Assembly: GCA_045803545.1 (NCBI GenBank) | Contig: JBJMOW010000004.1 | Span: 1,120,001 to 1,184,000, forward strand | Origin: Gemmatimonadaceae bacterium | GTDB taxonomy: Bacteria; Gemmatimonadota; Gemmatimonadetes; Gemmatimonadales; Gemmatimonadaceae | Length of the DNA stretch: 64,000 bases | Reading direction: 5' to 3' | In this document: positions 56,431 through 64,000 of the stretch, one piece after another | How positions within the stretch are numbered: the stretch's first letter is position 1 | Layout: the number at the start of each line of letters is the position of its first letter | Made by a program: the position numbers and the translations under genes | The notes under the pieces: generated by a model | Seen by the model: only the letters and a program-made list of their open reading frames with translations | Database searches by the model: none | Told to the model about the DNA's origin: nothing

Positions 56431-57237
56431 GTGACGACTGCCGTCGGAGACGCTTCGACCCTCCCCTCGCTCGTCGTCCATCTCCAGCGCGAGAAGGCAA
56501 AGGCGCTGGTGCGCGCAGCCTTTCCGCGACGTCGCTGGCGCATCATTTCAACCCGATCGGCCGAAGAGCTCGAGGGAATTTTCCGCAAGGTGCTCGTTGA
56601 CGCGGCGCTGATCGACCTTGGATCCCCCGACGAAGACACATGGAAAGCCGCCGCCTTTGCGGCCGAGTTTCCCAGCGCCCCGTTCTTCGCCATCCTGCCG
56701 CTGCGTCCTTCCGACACGCCGGCAGTCGCACGGTGCACTGGCCTGGGTTTCATCGACGTCATTGCCGAAGGCATCGACGACAACGTCGCTCGCGATCTGG
56801 TCTATCCGCACGCGTTCTCGACTCGCTTTCGGCAGGCGCTCGTCGAGCCGCCGCACGCACTCGGTCTGAGTACGGCGCTCCAGCGTAGCGCATGGGATGT
56901 AATCGTTGCGCACTCCGGCAGACCGGTTACGACAAAAGAGCTGGCGACCGCGGTGGGATTGAGCCGTGAGCACCTTAGCCGGAATTTCGCGAAGCCAGGC
57001 GCGCCCAATTTGAAGCGTGTGATCGATCTGGTGCGCCTCATCGCCGCCGCTGAGCTGGCCAAGAACCCCGGCCACGACATTCGTGACATTGCCCGAATTC
57101 TCGAGTTCGCTTCCTCCTCCCATTTGGCCGTGACAGCGCAAAGGATTTTCGGGACGCGACCGGCCTCGCTCGCACGTCTCCGCACTACCGATTTGATCGA
57201 TCGTTTTGCGCAAGGAAGAACCAGAAGCCGGAGCTAG
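56431..57237 (+). CDS. AraC-type HTH transcriptional regulator with pseudo-receiver N-terminus
   Basis: 'TTKELATAVGLSREHLSRNF' and 'IRDIARILEFASSSHL..IFGTRP' motifs. Confidence 0.75.
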   Translation: MTTAVGDASTLPSLVVHLQREKAKALVRAAFPRRRWRIISTRSAEELEGIFRKVLVDAALIDLGSPDEDTWKAAAFAAEFPSAPFFAILPLRPSDTPAVARCTGLGFIDVIAEGIDDNVARDLVYPHAFSTRFRQALVEPPHALGLSTALQRSAWDVIVAHSGRPVTTKELATAVGLSREHLSRNFAKPGAPNLKRVIDLVRLIAAAELAKNPGHDIRDIARILEFASSSHLAVTAQRIFGTRPASLARLRTTDLIDRFAQGRTRSRS

Positions 57238-57270
57238 CCCCGGGATGGCCCGTAAATTCCGGTGACCTTA

Positions 57271-57307
57271 TTGCTCCATTACCGAGCTTGTGATATTTTT
57301 CACAAGC
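57271..57307 (+). promoter_or_regulatory. atpA promoter with overlapping palindromic operator (Rex/CRP-type)
   Basis: TTGCTC-N17-TATTTT with extended TG; GCTTGTGA-TATTTT-TCACAAGC palindrome at 57286-57307. Confidence 0.7.
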
Positions 57308-57383
57308 GCCCGACAACCCTGAAAACCCTTCGCGAGACGTCCGCCCGGCGCCCCGCTTATACAGTTATCTGAGCCCATAGATC

Positions 57384-58964
57384 ATGGCCACCGACACGAT
57401 CCTGCGCCCCGGCGAAATCAAGGACATTCTCCTCCGCGAGATTGAAGCGGCGGACCTGAACGAGCTAGACGTGGAGGAGGTCGGGACCGTCCTCGAAGTG
57501 AAGGACGGTATCGCCCGCATCTACGGTCTCAACAAGGCGATGGCCGGCGAGATGCTCGAGGTGACCTCCTCGGAGACCGGCGAGAAAGTCACCGCCCTCG
57601 CGCTCAACCTGGAAGAAGACAACATCGGCTCGGTCATCCTCGGAGATTACCTCCAGCTGAAGGAGGGCGACGAAGTCCGCCGTACGTCGCGCGTGCTCGA
57701 AGTCCCGGTCGGACCGGAGCTCGTTGGACGAGTCGTTGACCCGCTTGGTCGCCCGCTCGATGAAGCCGGTCCACTCAACGCCAAGCTGACGCGCAAGGTG
57801 GAGTCCGAGGCCCCCGGCATCATCGTCCGTCAGCCGGTGAAGGAGCCACTTCAGACCGGTATCAAGGCGATCGACTCGATGATTCCAATCGGACGCGGTC
57901 AGCGCGAGCTGATCATCGGAGACCGCGGCACCGGAAAGACCGCGATCGCGATCGATACCATCATCAATCAGAAGGGCACCGGCGTAATCTGCGTCTACGT
58001 CGCGATCGGCCAGAAGAATTCGACTGTCGCCTCTGTCGTCGAGAAGCTTCGCCAGGCCGGCGCGATGGAGTACACCATTGTCGTCGTAGCCAGCGCTTCT
58101 GATCCGGCACCGATGCAGTACATCGCGCCCTACGCGGGGTGCGCGATGGCCGAGTACTTCATGTACAACGAAGGCATGCCGACGCTTTGCGTCTACGATG
58201 ATCTCACCAAGCAGGCAGCCGCGTATCGACAGCTGTCGCTGGTGCTCCGCCGGCCGCCGGGTCGTGAAGCTTTCCCGGGCGACGTATTCTATCTCCACTC
58301 GCGCCTTCTCGAGCGCGCGGCGAAGCTCAGTGAGGATTCCTCGATTGTGGACGGCGATCGCATCAAGAAGCCGGGCGGATCGCTGACCGCGCTGCCAATC
58401 ATCGAGACCCAGGCCGGCGACGTCTCCGCGTACATCCCGACCAATGTCATCTCGATCACCGACGGCCAGATCTTCCTCGAGGCAGATCTTTTCTTCGCGG
58501 GTGTGCGCCCGGCAGTGAACGTCGGCATCTCCGTGTCACGCGTCGGCGGATCCGCGCAGGTGAAAGCGATGCGATCGGTGGCTGGCAGACTTCGTCTCGA
58601 CCTCGCCCAGTATAGAGAGCTTGAAGCGTTCTCTTCCTTCGCGTCCGATCTCGACGCAGCTACCAAAAGGCAGCTGGAGCGCGGCGCGCGCACGGTCGAG
58701 ATTCTGAAGCAGCCTCAGTATCACCCGATGGCGGTCGAGCAGCAGGTAATCGTCATCTATGCGGTAACCAACGGCCTCCTAGATGCCGTCCAAGTGCCAC
58801 GCATCAGAGAGTGGGAGCGCGGCTTCCTCGAGTTCGTAGAGAAGCAGTTTCCACAGGTCGGCCAGCGAATCAAATCGGAGAAGGTACTCTCGAAGGAGAC
58901 CGAAGCGGATCTCAAGAGAGCGATCGAGGCGTTCAACCAGCAGTTCGGCTCGAAGAAGCCCTAA
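57384..58964 (+). CDS. atpA: F1 ATP synthase subunit alpha
   Basis: [29 protein letters not shown] and GISVSRVG motifs. Confidence 0.98.
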   Translation: MATDTILRPGEIKDILLREIEAADLNELDVEEVGTVLEVKDGIARIYGLNKAMAGEMLEVTSSETGEKVTALALNLEEDNIGSVILGDYLQLKEGDEVRRTSRVLEVPVGPELVGRVVDPLGRPLDEAGPLNAKLTRKVESEAPGIIVRQPVKEPLQTGIKAIDSMIPIGRGQRELIIGDRGTGKTAIAIDTIINQKGTGVICVYVAIGQKNSTVASVVEKLRQAGAMEYTIVVVASASDPAPMQYIAPYAGCAMAEYFMYNEGMPTLCVYDDLTKQAAAYRQLSLVLRRPPGREAFPGDVFYLHSRLLERAAKLSEDSSIVDGDRIKKPGGSLTALPIIETQAGDVSAYIPTNVISITDGQIFLEADLFFAGVRPAVNVGISVSRVGGSAQVKAMRSVAGRLRLDLAQYRELEAFSSFASDLDAATKRQLERGARTVEILKQPQYHPMAVEQQVIVIYAVTNGLLDAVQVPRIREWERGFLEFVEKQFPQVGQRIKSEKVLSKETEADLKRAIEAFNQQFGSKKP

Positions 58965-58967
58965 CGA

Positions 58968-61311
<2,344 letters not shown>

Positions 61312-61312
<1 letters not shown>

Positions 61313-61560
61313 TGCTGAAGGTCTCGGTAATTTCGCCGGAGGCAGTGCTGTTTGAAGGGGAGACGGATTCGGTCGTCGCCCCCGCATACGACGGCGAAGT
61401 TGGTATCCTCACCGGTCACGCACCACTGATGGCGCTGCTTGGCAATGGCCAACTGCGTCTTGGTGCGGGGACCGGCCGCCGGTTCAATGTCACCGGCGGC
61501 TTCATGCAGGTGCTCGACGACGAAGTCAGGGTCGTTACGGAGAAGGCGAGCGCCGCATAA
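61312..61560 (+). CDS. atpC: F1 ATP synthase subunit epsilon (short, 82 aa)
   Basis: VISPE, GEVGILTGHAPL and GGF motifs; only the beta-sandwich domain is present. Confidence 0.93.
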
Positions 61561-61583
61561 ATACGTCGGCGCCGACGTATTTA
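61558..61583 (+). terminator. Perfect 26-bp palindrome at the end of the atp operon (probable terminator)
   Basis: TAAATACGTCGGC|GCCGACGTATTTA. Confidence 0.6.
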
Positions 61584-61857
61584 CCCCTTCCTTACGAACC
61601 GCTTACGGGTATGTAAACTCTCGTAAACGTTGGTTGACATTGCCGTTACAATGCGCCTAAGTTCTGGGGATATAGGCACTCCCGAAGGTCCCGGGCTGGG
61701 GACTTCGGGTTTTCGGCTTGGCATTCGACACTCACGCGCATTGGCGCGGGATACGATCGAATGCAATGACATAGTCGCAGGCGGGAGCGATCGGGCTGGA
61801 TCGCTTCCTCCGTACGCGACACGTCCCATCCCAGTTTCACTTTCTGCGAGGTGTTGT

Positions 61858-64000
61858 ATGGGAATGACAGGTAAGTTCACTCGCTTCCTTGTGATAGCGA
61901 GCGCGTTCGGGTTTGCCCCGGCGCTTGCGCAGGCGCAAGGAACGACCATCAGCGGCCAGGTTACGGGCGCAGGTGGAGCACCAATTGTCGGCGCGAGCGT
62001 CAGTATTCCGACGCTGCGCGTTGGCGCCTTCACTGACGAGACGGGCCACTTTACGTTCACGGCTCCTCCGTCTGCGAATGGAACCACTGTAACAGTAGTC
62101 TCGCGCCGACTCGGCTATCAGCCGAGCTCCGCATCGGTAACGCTCTCGGGCGCTCCGGTTACGCAGAACTTCAGCCTTTCTGCGGCAGCCACTGAGCTTC
62201 AGGGAGTCGTCGTCACTGCACTCGGTCTGGCAAGAGAGAAAAGCCAACTCGGAACGGCCCAGCAACAACTGAGCTCGGCCGAGCTGAATCAGACCAAAGC
62301 ACTCAACGTCGTCGACCAGCTCGAAGGCAAGGTTTCCGGTGTCGCAATTACCGGATCCGGCACTCAGGGCGGTTCGTCGAGCATCGTGATTCGCGGATCC
62401 AACTCGATTACGGGCACTAACCAACCGCTATTCGTCGTCGATGGTATGCCGGTCGCCAACAAGGGCCGTGGCGGTGATCCTAACGGTGGTTACGACTTCG
62501 GCAGCACGATCTCCGACCTGAATCCGGAAGACATTGCCACGATGTCCGTCCTCAAGGGACCGAACGCGGCGGCACTCTACGGTTCACGTGCGGCGAACGG
62601 CGTCATCGTCATCACGACCAAAAAGGGTGGTTCGACCGGAAATCGCGCTCGTACCGAGCTAGCGACGACCTACACCTGGGACGCGCCGTCGATTCTTCCA
62701 TCTTACCAGAACCTCTATGGTCAGGGAGCGGGCGGCGAGTTCAGTTATTTCGATGGTCAGGGCAACGGCACGAACGACTGGGCCGATCAGAGCTTCGGAC
62801 CCAAGCTCGATGGCCGAATGTATGGTTGCACGTTCGTCAGTGGCACCACGACGTACGATCAGGCATCCCCATGCCTCCAGTTCACCAGCCCGAACCAGGC
62901 TTCGCCCTGGATCGCGCATCCTGACAACGTATCCAGCTTCTTCAACACTGGTCACACGCGCTCGACAACGCTCGCATTCAGCGGCGGCAACGATCGCGCG
63001 AACGCCCGCGTCTCCTTGGGCAGGGACAACGTGACCGGCTACATCCCGAACAACGATTTCTCGAAGACTTCGGGGATGCTGAACGGATCGCTGCGTGTCA
63101 CCGACCGTCTGAGCACGGATGCGACGCTGCAATACATCCACAACGCCGCATTGAATCGCCCGGGCACTGGTTACAACACCGGTATCCTGGAGACCTTCGT
63201 CTGGTTCGGACGCCAGGTTGATATGAACGCACTGCGCGACTATCAGCAGGGTGCCATCACGAACAATGGGCCGTCGAACCGCGAGTACAACTGGAACTAC
63301 AACTTCCACAACAATCCGTTCTGGAGAATGTACGAGAACCCGGTCACGGATAGCCGAGATCGGTTCCTCGGAACGGTGTCGGCGAACTACAGATTGTTCG
63401 AAGGCGCCAACCTGATCGCGCGTACGGGCTCGGACGTCTATCGTCTCGGCATCGATGAGCATTTCGCCGAGGGCAACATTCAGGACAACGTTTCCGTTCC
63501 GGGAGCGACGGGAGTTCTGATCGACCCGCGCTATCACGGCGGCTTTTCCCAGCTGGGTGACTACAGCAACCAGAACACGAGCGACCTGATCATGACGATC
63601 GCGCGCGGACTGGGGACGCACCTTGCGCTCAACTCCACCCTTGGTGGCAGTGTGCGCAGAGAGCGCTTCGACAACAACGCCGTCGCGACGCCGGGACTTT
63701 CAGTCGCCGACATTTACAACGTGTCGAACGCTGCGGTTTCGCCGCAGAACGAGCAGTTCACTTCCCGTCGTCAGGTCAACAGCCTCTACGGCTCGGCCGC
63801 TTTCACTCTTAACAACTGGTGGACCGTCGAAGGAACGGCCAGAAACGACTGGTCCTCGACTCTGCCAAAAGGCGCGAACTCGTACTTCTATCCGTCGGTC
63901 AACACTTCGATCGTGTTGAGCGATGCAATTCCAGCGCTGAGAAACGGGGGCTTCCTCAACTATGCGAAGCTCCGTGCCTCGACGGCGCGTGTGGGTAACG
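61858..64000 (+). CDS. SusC/RagA-family TonB-dependent receptor, N-terminal part (runs off the window)
   Basis: Not in the ORF track. GAGG RBS; MGMTGKFTRFLVIASAFGFAPALAQAQGTTISGQV..; signature 'LNPEDIATMSVLKGPNAAALYGSRAANGVIVITTKKG'. Confidence 0.93.
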   Translation, partial: MGMTGKFTRFLVIASAFGFAPALAQAQGTTISGQVTGAGGAPIVGASVSIPTLRVGAFTDETGHFTFTAPPSANGTTVTVVSRRLGYQPSSASVTLSGAPVTQNFSLSAAATELQGVVVTALGLAREKSQLGTAQQQLSSAELNQTKALNVVDQLEGKVSGVAITGSGTQGGSSSIVIRGSNSITGTNQPLFVVDGMPVANKGRGGDPNGGYDFGSTISDLNPEDIATMSVLKGPNAAALYGSRAANGVIVITTKKGGSTGNRARTELATTYTWDAPSILPSYQNLYGQGAGGEFSYFDGQGNGTNDWADQSFGPKLDGRMYGCTFVSGTTTYDQASPCLQFTSPNQASPWIAHPDNVSSFFNTGHTRSTTLAFSGGNDRANARVSLGRDNVTGYIPNNDFSKTSGMLNGSLRVTDRLSTDATLQYIHNAALNRPGTGYNTGILETFVWFGRQVDMNALRDYQQGAITNNGPSNREYNWNYNFHNNPFWRMYENPVTDSRDRFLGTVSANYRLFEGANLIARTGSDVYRLGIDEHFAEGNIQDNVSVPGATGVLIDPRYHGGFSQLGDYSNQNTSDLIMTIARGLGTHLALNSTLGGSVRRERFDNNAVATPGLSVADIYNVSNAAVSPQNEQFTSRRQVNSLYGSAAFTLNNWWTVEGTARNDWSSTLPKGANSYFYPSVNTSIVLSDAIPALRNGGFLNYAKLRASTARVGN

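Noticed and set aside
61664..61857. Cobalamin or TPP riboswitch before the TonB receptor
   Set aside because: The conserved B12-box and TPP (CUGAGA, ACCUGA) elements were not found; kept only as an unknown structured leader.

Overview
GC-rich bacterial chromosomal segment. Gene content suggests Gemmatimonadota or another FCB-group lineage (inference): SusC-type TonB receptor, CarboxypepD_reg proteins, short F1 epsilon subunit, sigma70 lacking region 1.1. It is mostly core genome: tyrS (partial), PBP1A, ilvE, kbl/tdh, mutM, rlmI, thiE, mltG-ruvX-rho, pntAB, icd, atpAGDC and six tRNAs. No integrase, transposase, prophage or CRISPR array was seen. The most notable items are: (1) a locus at 17.2-20.7 kb with a 52-aa RKSS-repeat histone-tail/protamine-like protein, a coupled Zn-peptidase plus Ddl-like ATP-grasp ligase pair, a 50-aa peptide behind a sigma54-type promoter and a degenerate methyltransferase, a candidate undescribed peptide/protein modification system; (2) a c-di-GMP-I riboswitch directly upstream of a GH6 cellulase lipoprotein, next to DUF3131 and beta-barrel genes; (3) an O-antigen-ligase-like gene beside a type IV pilin and a fimbrial-like subunit, with clustered D-(S/T)-(A/I/L/V/T) motifs in exported proteins; (4) two long palindromic intergenic elements and dispersed heptamer repeats; (5) a Rex/CRP-type operator over the atpA promoter, a rut-like rho leader and two unexplained structured 5' leaders. 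All family assignments come from motif recognition, not database searches.
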